DNA of 64,000 bases from Candidatus Binataceae bacterium (GCA_050736715.1 JBOHWK010000169.1:73-64072); one strand, 5' to 3'. Positions 8,438 to 17,893 are shown, numbered from the stretch's first letter. The notes: a model not told the origin generated them from the sequence alone. Made by a program: numbers and translations.

Positions 8438-11071
8438 ATGAAGCGGGGGATTATAGTCGCGCTGCTTCTGTTGATCGCCGGGTTTCCCGGCAGCCTGCTC
8501 GCCGCCGCTCCCGCAAAAGCTCCCACATGTACGCCGCTGCCTGCGGCTTCGACGCCCGGCTTCGCCACGATTCTCCTGACCTACATGGACAACTTCTGCT
8601 ACCTGAGTTGGGAGCATGACGCTCAAATCCGGTCGGCCAAAGGCACCCATCCGTATGTAAAGGTCTATTACTCGCCATCAATGTGGACGTGGCTCGAAGC
8701 CGGCGACCGCGAGGCCACCGTTCCCGACGGCGCGATGCTGGTAAAGGAACAGTACCAGACCCTTACCGCGCCGCTTTCCGAATGGACGATCATGGTCAAG
8801 GACCACACCGGATCGTGGGACGGCTGGTATTGGGCGGATTTCGCTTCGCCGAAGAAAGGCCCGCCGAAGTCACCGCCGTCCGCCACGGACGCATCCGGCG
8901 CGGCAAGTACCGTTGCAGCCGCTGCGCAGGGCAAGTATGGATGCGGGGAGCCGACGCTTACTTTCGCCGGCTTCGGTTCCGGCAACGGCAACACCTGTAT
9001 CGGATGCCATGCGTCGGCGGCGGACGGCCAGGGAACCTTTTCCAGCACCGATTACGTAGGCGCGGCATTGACGCCGCCCGATCTCAACGCGCCGCCGATT
9101 CTCGACAATATCCACCAGATTGGCGCCCGCCTGGCGGATATGCGCGCGATTGCCGCGCTCGATGCCGCCGGCGCAACTCCGCTTGAGAACGCAGTATCGC
9201 CCGATGACATCCGTCCGCTCTCCGCCGGGAAGGCGGCGTGCATGCCGCCCGAATCGCTCGACCACGTGGTGGCAGGCGGACAGCCCACCGGCGGCCCGGA
9301 AGAATTCCTGACTTCGGATCAATGCGCGTCGTGCCACGATGCGACCGGGACAATCTCGGGCACGGGCCGGGCGGATATTCCGAGTATGTTGTGGCCCGAC
9401 GCGATCACGCCGCTCGCGAATCTCTCCGAATACGGCGAGTGGCGCTATTCGATGATGGGGCTGGCGGGGCGCGATCCGATCTTCTTTTCGCAGCTCAATT
9501 CGGAATCCACCATCCATGACAATCTGCAAGGATTGCCCGGCAACCCCAGCCCTCCGCTGTTCGTGCAGAACTTATGTCTTCATTGCCACGGCGTGATGGG
9601 ACAGCGGCAACTGCAGATCGATACCGGCGGCACCGGGCTCTTGTCTCGCGCGGAACTGAACGATCCGAATTCAAAATACGGCGCGCTCGGCCGCGACGGC
9701 ATCTCGTGCCTCGTTTGCCATCATATTTCTCCCGAAGGTCTGGGCGACCCTTCCACCTTCACCGGCGATTTCAACGTCGGTCCCGCGACCGAAGTTTACG
9801 CCCAGTACCCCGATCCGATAACGTTGCCGATGGATAACGCGCTGGGTATCACGCCTGAGGACGGCAGCCAGATCGGCGATCCCGCGATGTGTGGATCGTG
9901 CCACACGATCATCCTGCCGGTGTACGCCGCCAACGGGAATCAAGTCATGGAAGGCGGCGTGCCCAAAACATTTTACGAGCAGGCGACATTTCCAGAATGG
10001 CTGAACAGCAACTTCGCAACGGTTCCCTGCCAAACCTGCCATATGCCGGACACGTATCATGGCAGTCCGCTCTCGTACAAAATCGCGAACATCGAGGACA
10101 ATACCTTCCCGGCGTTCCCGTTCGTCGCCCCCGCCGAGGACATCACGATGCAAGTGCGGCAGCCGTTCAACCGCCACACTCTCCTCGGCATCAACGTCTT
10201 CGCGCTGGAGATGTTCGGGCAGTTCCGCACCGCGCTGGGGCTTTATGCGACGGACCCACAATTGCCCGGCAATGCCGCAAAGGCGATTTCCAGCCAAAAA
10301 ACCGCAGTCGTGGAAGCGGTGAATGAGGCCGTTACCCAGACCGCGACGGTCGATATTCTTTCCGCTACCAGAGTTGGCGGCACGATTCAGGCCGATGTGA
10401 CAGTGACGAACCTGGCCGGGCATAGTTTCCCGTCTGGGGTGGGCTTCCGCCGCGCATTCGTGGATTTTCAGGTGCTCGGTCCGGGCGGGAAAGTACTGTG
10501 GGCATCGGGCGACACGAATAAGAAAGGGGTGATCGTCGGCATCAAGCGCAAGCCGCTCATCACGGAATACTTCACTCCCAAGCAGCAGGCCTTCCAGCCG
10601 CACTTTTGGATCGGCAATCCGATTACCAGCGAAAACCAGGCGCAGATTTACGAGGAATTGGTCGCCGATCCGCAGGGACAATTGACCACCAGCTTTCTCA
10701 GCTTGGACAACAAGGTAAAGGACAACCGGCTCCAGCCGCAGGGATGGTCCGTGGACGGGCCGTTCGCCGAGGAAACCGGCCCGGCCGGCGGCGCGTCTGA
10801 CGACCCCGATTACACGACCACCGACAGCCCCGGCTCCAACACGATTCGTTACGAGGTGCCGATTAATTCCAAGACCACGAACGCGATCGCGGTGAGCGCG
10901 ACCTTGTACTATCAGGCAATCCCGCCCTATTACCTGTATATGCGCTCGCACGACGCGAGCGGCCCCGACACCTCCCGTTTGAACGATTTCACCAAGCGGC
11001 TGCGCGTCAAAGGCACCCCCGTGGACAACTGGCGGCTGCAAATCGCGACGCAAACGCAGAATATTCAGTAG
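8438..11071 (+). CDS. large secreted multiheme c-type cytochrome (6 CXXCH) with an N-terminal non-heme domain
   Basis: 877 aa; Sec signal; CIGCH, CASCH, CLHCH, CLVCH, CGSCH, CQTCH; N-terminal ~150 aa is aromatic-rich (FCYLSWEHD...DGWYWADF) without heme motifs; GGGGAAG RBS. Confidence 0.8.
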   Translation: MKRGIIVALLLLIAGFPGSLLAAAPAKAPTCTPLPAASTPGFATILLTYMDNFCYLSWEHDAQIRSAKGTHPYVKVYYSPSMWTWLEAGDREATVPDGAMLVKEQYQTLTAPLSEWTIMVKDHTGSWDGWYWADFASPKKGPPKSPPSATDASGAASTVAAAAQGKYGCGEPTLTFAGFGSGNGNTCIGCHASAADGQGTFSSTDYVGAALTPPDLNAPPILDNIHQIGARLADMRAIAALDAAGATPLENAVSPDDIRPLSAGKAACMPPESLDHVVAGGQPTGGPEEFLTSDQCASCHDATGTISGTGRADIPSMLWPDAITPLANLSEYGEWRYSMMGLAGRDPIFFSQLNSESTIHDNLQGLPGNPSPPLFVQNLCLHCHGVMGQRQLQIDTGGTGLLSRAELNDPNSKYGALGRDGISCLVCHHISPEGLGDPSTFTGDFNVGPATEVYAQYPDPITLPMDNALGITPEDGSQIGDPAMCGSCHTIILPVYAANGNQVMEGGVPKTFYEQATFPEWLNSNFATVPCQTCHMPDTYHGSPLSYKIANIEDNTFPAFPFVAPAEDITMQVRQPFNRHTLLGINVFALEMFGQFRTALGLYATDPQLPGNAAKAISSQKTAVVEAVNEAVTQTATVDILSATRVGGTIQADVTVTNLAGHSFPSGVGFRRAFVDFQVLGPGGKVLWASGDTNKKGVIVGIKRKPLITEYFTPKQQAFQPHFWIGNPITSENQAQIYEELVADPQGQLTTSFLSLDNKVKDNRLQPQGWSVDGPFAEETGPAGGASDDPDYTTTDSPGSNTIRYEVPINSKTTNAIAVSATLYYQAIPPYYLYMRSHDASGPDTSRLNDFTKRLRVKGTPVDNWRLQIATQTQNIQ

Positions 11072-11123
11072 CGCCGCCGCGCCGCACTGCGGCGTTGCAT
11101 TACTAATCAGTGAGGATACGCCG

Positions 11124-12140
11124 ATGCGCGCAATTTGGATTACCAAGGCCGGCGGGCCCGAAGTGCTGGAGGTTCGCGAGACGCCCGATCCCGTTCCCAA
11201 GCCCGGCGAAGTACGGGTCCGCGTCGCCGCGTGCGGATTGAATTTCGCCGAATTGATGGCGCGGCAGGGGCTGTACCCCGACGCGCCCAAGATTCCGTGC
11301 GTGGTCGGCTATGAAGCCGCAGGCACGATCGATGCCGTCGGCGATGGCGCCGACCCCGGCCTAATCGGCAAGCGCGTGGTGGTGCTGTGCCGGTTCGGCG
11401 GGCACGCCGATCAGGTCTGCGTCACGGCGGCGAACGCCTTCCCGATCCCGGTCGAGATGAGCTTCGAGGAAGCCGCCGCGATTCCGGTGAATTACTTGAC
11501 CGCGTACCAGATGCTGTTCCGGGTTGCCTCGATTCATCCGGGCGAATCGGTCCTGATTCACATGGCGGCGGGCGGCGTGGGAATCGCGGCGCTGCAATTA
11601 TGCCGCACCGTCGAGGGAATCGTCACCTTCGGCACCGCGTCGTCGTCGAAGCACGAGGTAATCCGCGCCAACGGCTGCGGGTACCCGATCGATTACCACC
11701 AGACCGATTATTTCGCGGAAGTCATGCGGCTGACCGGCGGCAAGGGCGTGGATGTGGTCCTCGATCCGCTCGGCGGCAACGATTGGCGCAAGGGTTACAA
11801 ATTGCTCAAGTCGGCGGGAAAATTGATCGCGTTCGGATTCTCCAACATGGCGTCCGGGAACACGCGCAACTACTGGCGGATGCTCCGCCAAATCGTGCGG
11901 GTTCCGATCTTCACCCCGATGGGCCTGATGGACAAGAATCGCAGCGTCGCCGGCGTCAACATGGGCCACCTGTGGGACGATCCCTACCTGCCGTTCGCGA
12001 TGAACCGGCTCTTAATCATGTATCGCGAGGGACAGATCAAGCCGCATATCGATTCGACGTTTCCGTTTGCGCAGGCGGCGCAGGCGCACTTGCGTCTTCA
12101 GGAAGGAAAGAATATCGGGAAAGTAGTGATGACTCCGTAG
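11124..12140 (+). CDS. zinc-binding alcohol dehydrogenase-family oxidoreductase (NADPH:quinone reductase-like, MDR)
   Basis: 338 aa; GEVRVRVAACGLNFAELMARQG N-terminal catalytic-domain motif; Rossmann AAGGVG. Confidence 0.85.
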   Translation: MRAIWITKAGGPEVLEVRETPDPVPKPGEVRVRVAACGLNFAELMARQGLYPDAPKIPCVVGYEAAGTIDAVGDGADPGLIGKRVVVLCRFGGHADQVCVTAANAFPIPVEMSFEEAAAIPVNYLTAYQMLFRVASIHPGESVLIHMAAGGVGIAALQLCRTVEGIVTFGTASSSKHEVIRANGCGYPIDYHQTDYFAEVMRLTGGKGVDVVLDPLGGNDWRKGYKLLKSAGKLIAFGFSNMASGNTRNYWRMLRQIVRVPIFTPMGLMDKNRSVAGVNMGHLWDDPYLPFAMNRLLIMYREGQIKPHIDSTFPFAQAAQAHLRLQEGKNIGKVVMTP

Positions 12141-12324
12141 CGAGTGAGTCCGATATGCGCAGCATAATGACGCCACCTAACCCCGGCGCCGCCGGCAGAG
12201 TCTGGACCGCCAAAGGTATCATGATCTCGAAAGTTCTCAGTTTTTTGGTTCCCCTTCCCGTGCGGGAAGGGACCAGGGGGTAGGTTGATTTGGAGGGTTC
12301 CCCGCCGGGCAAGGAGTTGTACGA

Positions 12325-12912
12325 ATGAAACCGATTTTGTTTGAGGAGACGCTATCGCTGGCGGATTACGAGCGCGTGCGCGCACGCCTGCGCCCGCTAT
12401 TCATCCATGAAAAGGACCGCCGCCGCCTCGGCGTGGGCGCCCATCTGACGCTGCTCTTCGAGAACGCGCAAACGGTCTGGTATCAGGTCCATGAAATGAT
12501 CCGCAGCGAGCGGATGACCGCGCGCGAGGCGATTCAGCAGGAGTTGGACACATACAACGAGTTGATTCCGGGCCCCGGCGAATTGACCGCGTCGCTGCTG
12601 ATCGAATACGCCGATACCGCCGAGCGCGACGCGGCGTTGCGGCGCTTGGTCGGTTTGGAAGACCATCTCTGGCTCGTATTGGGAGATCGGCGAATCGCGG
12701 CGAAATTCGACGATCGCCAGATGTCGCCGGAACTGATTAGCGCGGTGCAATTCCTGCGGTTCCCGCTGGACGGCATCGATGCGGACTGGTTTGAGGATCT
12801 CGCAAGCCGCGGCGCGGCCGCAATCGAGGCCGATCATCCGAGCCTGGCGGCGCGGGCGGTTATTGGCGGATTGACCGCCGCTTCCCTGATCGAAGACTTG
12901 AGCCAGCCCTGA
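12325..12912 (+). CDS. conserved hypothetical protein, DUF3501-like
   Basis: 195 aa; LTLLFENAQTVWYQVHEM segment resembles the DUF3501 family as recalled from memory; no catalytic motif recognised. Confidence 0.45.
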   Translation: MKPILFEETLSLADYERVRARLRPLFIHEKDRRRLGVGAHLTLLFENAQTVWYQVHEMIRSERMTAREAIQQELDTYNELIPGPGELTASLLIEYADTAERDAALRRLVGLEDHLWLVLGDRRIAAKFDDRQMSPELISAVQFLRFPLDGIDADWFEDLASRGAAAIEADHPSLAARAVIGGLTAASLIEDLSQP

Positions 12913-12923
12913 ATAGTAAACAG

Positions 12924-12990
12924 GCGGGCGCGCCCGCTCAAATGCGAAGGCCGAATCCGGTCTCCCGGATTCGGCCTTCGGCGTTTTCAA
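12924..12990. terminator. bidirectional intrinsic terminator (two GC hairpins) between convergent genes
   Basis: Perfect palindrome GCGGGCGCGCCCGC (12924-12937) preceded by A-rich tract; hairpin GGCCGAATCCGG-TCTC-CCGGATTCGGCC (12949-12976) followed by TTCGGCGTTTTC. Confidence 0.55.
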
Positions 12991-13023
12991 CGGATGAGGA
13001 CGGGGCCGCGCCCCGCCATCGTT

Positions 13024-15513
13024 TCATTCGGTAGAACCGGAAGGCGCCGGCGTGGGGGTGAATCCCGGCATCGCGACGCCGACTGGGAAGTTCAGGTGCG
13101 TCCGGCCTCCGCGGATGACGATGCTCGGTGGGAGGTCGCAGGTGGGCGCCGGATTGCCACTGCAATCGAAATCATCCCAGACCAGGAGGCTGTTGGTCAG
13201 GTGATCCACCACATAGAGATCGTCGTTGTCGTAGTTGTTCCAAGCGATCCCGACCGGCCGTTTGAGTTTGGTCTTCTTGCCGGCGATCGTTCCGATCAGA
13301 GGCGACGCATTCGTTAACGCGGTCGTGGGGTCGCAGAAGTTATTCGGGTTAGTCGGGCCTCCCACGCAGCACGAATACGGAGTTTGGTACCCGGTGCATA
13401 CGCTGTTCGTGATATCGAAAATCTTAATCCCGACTTGGCCGCAAGTACCCGTCCCCGTGCCGGTGCAACAAGCGTATGGGGTGCCATTGCAGAAACCCTG
13501 ACCGGGTCCGCTGCAGCAACTATTCGGCGCCTCGAAGCCGGTGCACTCGCTATTCGGGCCGTCGCAGGTACCCGTCCCTGCGCCGCTGCAACACGCATAC
13601 GGCGCGCCGAGTCCGGTACAGTCGCCGTTTATGTTGTCGCAGGTGCCCGTTCCTGCGCCGGTACAACAGGCAAACGGCGCTGGATCGGTAGGGGGAGTGC
13701 TGTCGGGACCGGCAGTGCATTTGGTATTGATATCGAGGCATTTGGAGGTTAGCGCGGGATTGCCGACGTCGGTAACGAACAAGTTGCTGCTGTCCGCGGT
13801 GACGGCGAGGAATTGCGGGCCGACCAGCGGACCGGCTAATAGCGGCGGAAGGTTCGCGCCCACGGCGCCTACCGGAATTACGTCTCCGGCGGCGTCCGGC
13901 GCGAATACCAGGACTGCCGCAATGCCCTTGGTTTCGCCGGCGGCGTCCGTGACAAACAGATTGTTATTGCCGTTGAATGCCAGCCCGGACGGGCCGAGCA
14001 GGACGGTGTTGCATCCCGCAATCGTGGCCAGCTTTGTGATCGTTGGCGGCTGCAGGCCCGGAACCGGGCAACTGGTGCAGGCGGCGTTTTGCTCGAAGAT
14101 TTCGCCCGCGTTAATCGGAGAGTTATTGCCCGACGCGTCGGATTCGTTCGTGTAATATTCGTTAATTGACCCGACGCTCGCCGCCGCGCCCAAGCCCGCA
14201 CTTATGCTGTTGCAGGTGCCGGTGCCGGGGCCTGTGCAGCAGGTATAAGGCGCGGCGCAACTGCCAACCCCCAATCCGGTGCAACACGCAACCGGCTCCT
14301 CATTGCCGGTGCATCCGGCGTTGCCTACCCCGGTGCACTCGGCGTTCGTGGGGGGAGTCGCCGGATCGCAGGTTATGGGGCAGAGCAGGCCGTTAATCCC
14401 GGTTGCGTTAGCTCCGCTGCAAGTGGTGTCGGTTCGCTCGCAATCTCCCGTTCCCGCCCCGGTACAGCACGGGAAAGCGCTTGGCTCCATTGTTATCTGG
14501 TTAATGCCGGTTCCCGGCCCGGTGCACTCCACACTTGGAAGAGGGGTATGGACAGTCTCGGTGGGACTCACGAAAAACCCATAATTCGACACGGCGAAAT
14601 ACTCGCCGGTGTTGCCGTTTCCTTGCGCGATGCCATCGGCAACGAGGGGATCGTCGGTATTGTACGGATTGGCGAAGGCGATGTCCTCCGGTGCGAACAG
14701 CCCCGCTTGGTCGCCGTCAGCAAGTCCCGCGGGGCAGGAACCGGCCTCCGGGCCGGTGCAGCATGGGTAAGGTATTCCGCAAGTGCCGGCGTTTTTGCCG
14801 ATGCAGCAGGAATTCGGCAGCCCTTTGGCGGTGCATCCGGAGTTGCCGCAGGTGCCCATCCCATCGCCGGTGCAACATGGATACGGCTCCGCGAATGCCG
14901 TGCAGGCGGCGTTAGGACTGGAAGTCGGTCCCGACAAGCACTCCGAGTTGCTGGAAGAATTCGGCATCGGAGAAGAAATCGTTGCGGCTGGGGGCGTATT
15001 GCCGTTGGACGAACCGGGCGAGAACAATCCGATTGAAAAGAAAAGCTGCGTGGCCAAGCCCGCGTTGACTTCGGTGTTCGTTTCGACCATGGGACTGTTG
15101 GACAGCGAACCGACCCCGATCCCGCCGACGACGGCGACGGACGGGGCGATCATGCCGGTTTTGTTGCCCTTGATTTCGGTGGCGGGCTTGGCATTGCCGT
15201 GGGAGCAGGGAGCGAAAGTCTCGACCGAGCCGGCGCCGCCGCCGTAGTTGGATACCGCCAGGCCCGCGAGTGGAGCGGTGGGAAATTCCGACGTATCCAT
15301 CCCGTCGGGGCATTTGCCGCTTTTCGCGTCCGCCTTCGCCTTGGACCCCGCGAAGCTGACGCCCGCCGTCGCCGCAAGCATCGCGGCGATCGCGAACGCC
15401 GCCGCCGGAACCGCAAGCCGGCGAACTGCGGCGGCAAGACGCCCCGCCGCCGTGCGGGCGGGCGAAACTCCATGCGCCTCTTGAGCCATCGTTTGCATTT
15501 TTCCCTGCGTCAT
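13024..15513 (-). CDS. large secreted Cys/Gly/Thr-rich repeat protein with NHL-like beta-propeller repeats
   Basis: 829 aa; ATG at 15513 with GGGGGT RBS; signal peptide (RRLAVPAAAFAIAAMLAATAG); ~11 degenerate repeats of PY-x-CC(T/S)G-x-G(T)G(T)C; NLFVTD / DLYVVDHLTNSLLVWD NHL-type motifs. Confidence 0.7.
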   Translation of the reverse strand: MTQGKMQTMAQEAHGVSPARTAAGRLAAAVRRLAVPAAAFAIAAMLAATAGVSFAGSKAKADAKSGKCPDGMDTSEFPTAPLAGLAVSNYGGGAGSVETFAPCSHGNAKPATEIKGNKTGMIAPSVAVVGGIGVGSLSNSPMVETNTEVNAGLATQLFFSIGLFSPGSSNGNTPPAATISSPMPNSSSNSECLSGPTSSPNAACTAFAEPYPCCTGDGMGTCGNSGCTAKGLPNSCCIGKNAGTCGIPYPCCTGPEAGSCPAGLADGDQAGLFAPEDIAFANPYNTDDPLVADGIAQGNGNTGEYFAVSNYGFFVSPTETVHTPLPSVECTGPGTGINQITMEPSAFPCCTGAGTGDCERTDTTCSGANATGINGLLCPITCDPATPPTNAECTGVGNAGCTGNEEPVACCTGLGVGSCAAPYTCCTGPGTGTCNSISAGLGAAASVGSINEYYTNESDASGNNSPINAGEIFEQNAACTSCPVPGLQPPTITKLATIAGCNTVLLGPSGLAFNGNNNLFVTDAAGETKGIAAVLVFAPDAAGDVIPVGAVGANLPPLLAGPLVGPQFLAVTADSSNLFVTDVGNPALTSKCLDINTKCTAGPDSTPPTDPAPFACCTGAGTGTCDNINGDCTGLGAPYACCSGAGTGTCDGPNSECTGFEAPNSCCSGPGQGFCNGTPYACCTGTGTGTCGQVGIKIFDITNSVCTGYQTPYSCCVGGPTNPNNFCDPTTALTNASPLIGTIAGKKTKLKRPVGIAWNNYDNDDLYVVDHLTNSLLVWDDFDCSGNPAPTCDLPPSIVIRGGRTHLNFPVGVAMPGFTPTPAPSGSTE

Positions 15514-15816
15514 TTTGTAACCCCCGCCGAATTCGGATCGACTCCCCGTTGCAGGACCAATCAGCGTTGCGCGTGTTAACTACCTTTTTCCGGCGGCAAT
15601 TTCAAGAGCACCGCAATTATTTTTGTGGCTGCGCCCGGCGGCGAGGTCGCCGGCCGTCGCTCCGGGAAGTCCGTCGTACTTGACAAGGCGGGGATCGGAA
15701 TGGTACCTAAGCCGCGTCCGCAGAGCGTCGCCTGCACTGGCGGGCGATGGGGTCTCCCGGCCGGGGCCGGAAGATTTGCGATGCCGCGAGAGCTCCAATT
15801 TGGCTTGGGGGTAGGT

Positions 15817-17754
15817 ATGCAGCACGGGAACATGGGACGCATGACGAGGGGGCGGATATTGCTCGTGGCCGCAATCGCGGCGGCGGCGACCTTGTGGTCC
15901 TCCGCCGCGATGGCGACGATCACTCAGGGCGATTTTTCCGTTTACGGATTCTTCGAGACCCGCGAATCGGGCCGCTGGGGCGAGGCCAGCGTCAAGAACA
16001 ACGGCACCCAGACCACCTACACTCATCCCATTCCGGGTGCGACCGAAGTTCTAAAGGGCGGGCAAGCAGGCAGCTACACCGGGGGCAGCTTCGATTTCAA
16101 TCATTGGGACCTGGTGGAAGCTCGCCAACTCGGCGACATCCGCCCCGACTATCATTTCGTAAAAAACTACAAATTCCTCGGTCGGTTCGACACGATTCTC
16201 CTCAAGGATGCCGACTTCTTTGCGTTGTGGCGGCCGTGGTACGACGCGGAAGGAGACCTCAAGAGCCAAGGAGTCGCCAACACCAACCGCGATTGGAACA
16301 ATTACCAGCACTACCAGATCACGCAGCAATACATCCGGGACGATCTGCACGAATATTACGCACAGTTGAATTTCACCGATAATTTCTCCGCGCGCATCGG
16401 CAAGCAGCAGGTAATTTGGTCGGAGGCGGACGCCTTATCGGGCACCGAGATCACCAACTCGGTGGACACCACCTATCACTGGCTGAACTTCGAATCGCCC
16501 GAAGACCTGCGCAAGAACGTGCGGATGATCAAGTTCAACTACATTCTCCCCGATATGTACAAGACCGCCAACAATGAAATCGACTTTTTCATTATTCCCG
16601 GCGATTTCCAGGGCGATGGCATCAATGTCAATCTCGGCGACGCCCGCAATCCGTGGACGCCGCCGGCGGCCGGCAGCCATTCGGCGTTGCTGTCGTCCTC
16701 GTACAACCAGAACGGCGAACCGTATTACGCCGCGACACCGCAACGGAGCGGCGCCGCGCCGATGACTCTGGTTTCGGCCGCGGGCGGCGGCGGCACATTT
16801 TTCGACCTGATGGAGGAGCCGTACGGCCACCCGCCCAGCAACTCGCTGGAAAACAGCGAATTCGGAATGCGCATCTCGAGCCTGCTGCCGATTGGCAACG
16901 GCCTCCAGATGAGTTTCATCTATTTGTACGAGGCGCGCGACTCCAAAATCAGCCTGTGCTCGAGTTGCGGTCCGCTGCAAGCGCAGCGGGCTTCGGCGGA
17001 ATTCATGGGGGCCGGTGCAAGGGCCTCGAACTGGGAATATCCGCCGGGAGGAATCGCGGCGCCCGCCGGGACCTTCGTCAATTTCGGCAACTACCGGTAT
17101 GGCTTCCCGCGCGCCGGCGTGCCGAAGGCCGGGACGGTGCTGGTCATGTACAACACCGATTACCGCCGCAATAACTTCTTCGATTTGACCGGCACCTATT
17201 ACGACAAGGACCTCACCGACATCGTGTACCGCTACGACTTTTTCTACGCCCCGAAGGTGGGTATCGCCACCGTCGAACCCTACGGAAAACTGGCCGGCCT
17301 GCCGGGTCCGGGAGCGGCGGGACAATGGACCCAGGAGTCCCGCTGGATCGTGGCCGCTGACCGGCCGACCTATATCCCGTGGATTTCCAAGCAGCACACC
17401 TTCCTGACCTTCCAGAACACCCTGACTTGGTATCCCGCCCTGCCGGAGCATGCGGTGGCCAATCTGCTGCAAACCGCGGGGAAGATTCGCGAGACCAGCG
17501 ATCTGTTTTTGGTGGCCGCGACCGATTGGCTGATGAACGGCCAGTTGACGACGCTGAATGCGGCCGCGTGGGACGTCGACGACCGCGTCGGCGAAATTAC
17601 CACCAGCAATTCGTACCGCTATTCGCGCAACGTTCTGTTCGGCGTGAACAGCGTCTGGTATCTGGGACAGAGCGGTAGGTACACCGATCCTTACACCTTC
17701 AGCCGCAGCCAGGTGATGAACGAATTGGAATTCACCCTGACCTACGAGATTTAG
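15817..17754 (+). CDS. large secreted/outer-membrane protein, hypothetical (possibly DUF1302-like)
   Basis: ATG at 15817 after GGGGGTAGG; signal peptide RILLVAAIAAAATLWSSAAMA; 646 aa, Tyr/Asn/Gly-rich beta-strand-like periodicity; DUF1302 assignment is from memory of family size only. Confidence 0.5.
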   Translation: MQHGNMGRMTRGRILLVAAIAAAATLWSSAAMATITQGDFSVYGFFETRESGRWGEASVKNNGTQTTYTHPIPGATEVLKGGQAGSYTGGSFDFNHWDLVEARQLGDIRPDYHFVKNYKFLGRFDTILLKDADFFALWRPWYDAEGDLKSQGVANTNRDWNNYQHYQITQQYIRDDLHEYYAQLNFTDNFSARIGKQQVIWSEADALSGTEITNSVDTTYHWLNFESPEDLRKNVRMIKFNYILPDMYKTANNEIDFFIIPGDFQGDGINVNLGDARNPWTPPAAGSHSALLSSSYNQNGEPYYAATPQRSGAAPMTLVSAAGGGGTFFDLMEEPYGHPPSNSLENSEFGMRISSLLPIGNGLQMSFIYLYEARDSKISLCSSCGPLQAQRASAEFMGAGARASNWEYPPGGIAAPAGTFVNFGNYRYGFPRAGVPKAGTVLVMYNTDYRRNNFFDLTGTYYDKDLTDIVYRYDFFYAPKVGIATVEPYGKLAGLPGPGAAGQWTQESRWIVAADRPTYIPWISKQHTFLTFQNTLTWYPALPEHAVANLLQTAGKIRETSDLFLVAATDWLMNGQLTTLNAAAWDVDDRVGEITTSNSYRYSRNVLFGVNSVWYLGQSGRYTDPYTFSRSQVMNELEFTLTYEI

Positions 17755-17774
17755 CCGGGACCGCAACCGGAGCA

Positions 17775-17808
17775 CGGCCGCGGTTCGCGCCGCGGCCGTT
17801 TTATTTGG
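17775..17808 (+). terminator. rho-independent terminator
   Basis: CGGCCGCGG-TTCGCG-CCGCGGCCG perfect 9-bp stem followed by TTTTATTTGG, 20 nt after the stop of the 15817-17754 gene. Confidence 0.7.
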
Positions 17809-17893
17809 CGCCGGGCCGCGGACGATGCGCGCCACCGTATGTACATCGCGGCCCACGATGCGCTAAATTGGACCGGCCTCGCCATCTCTAGAC

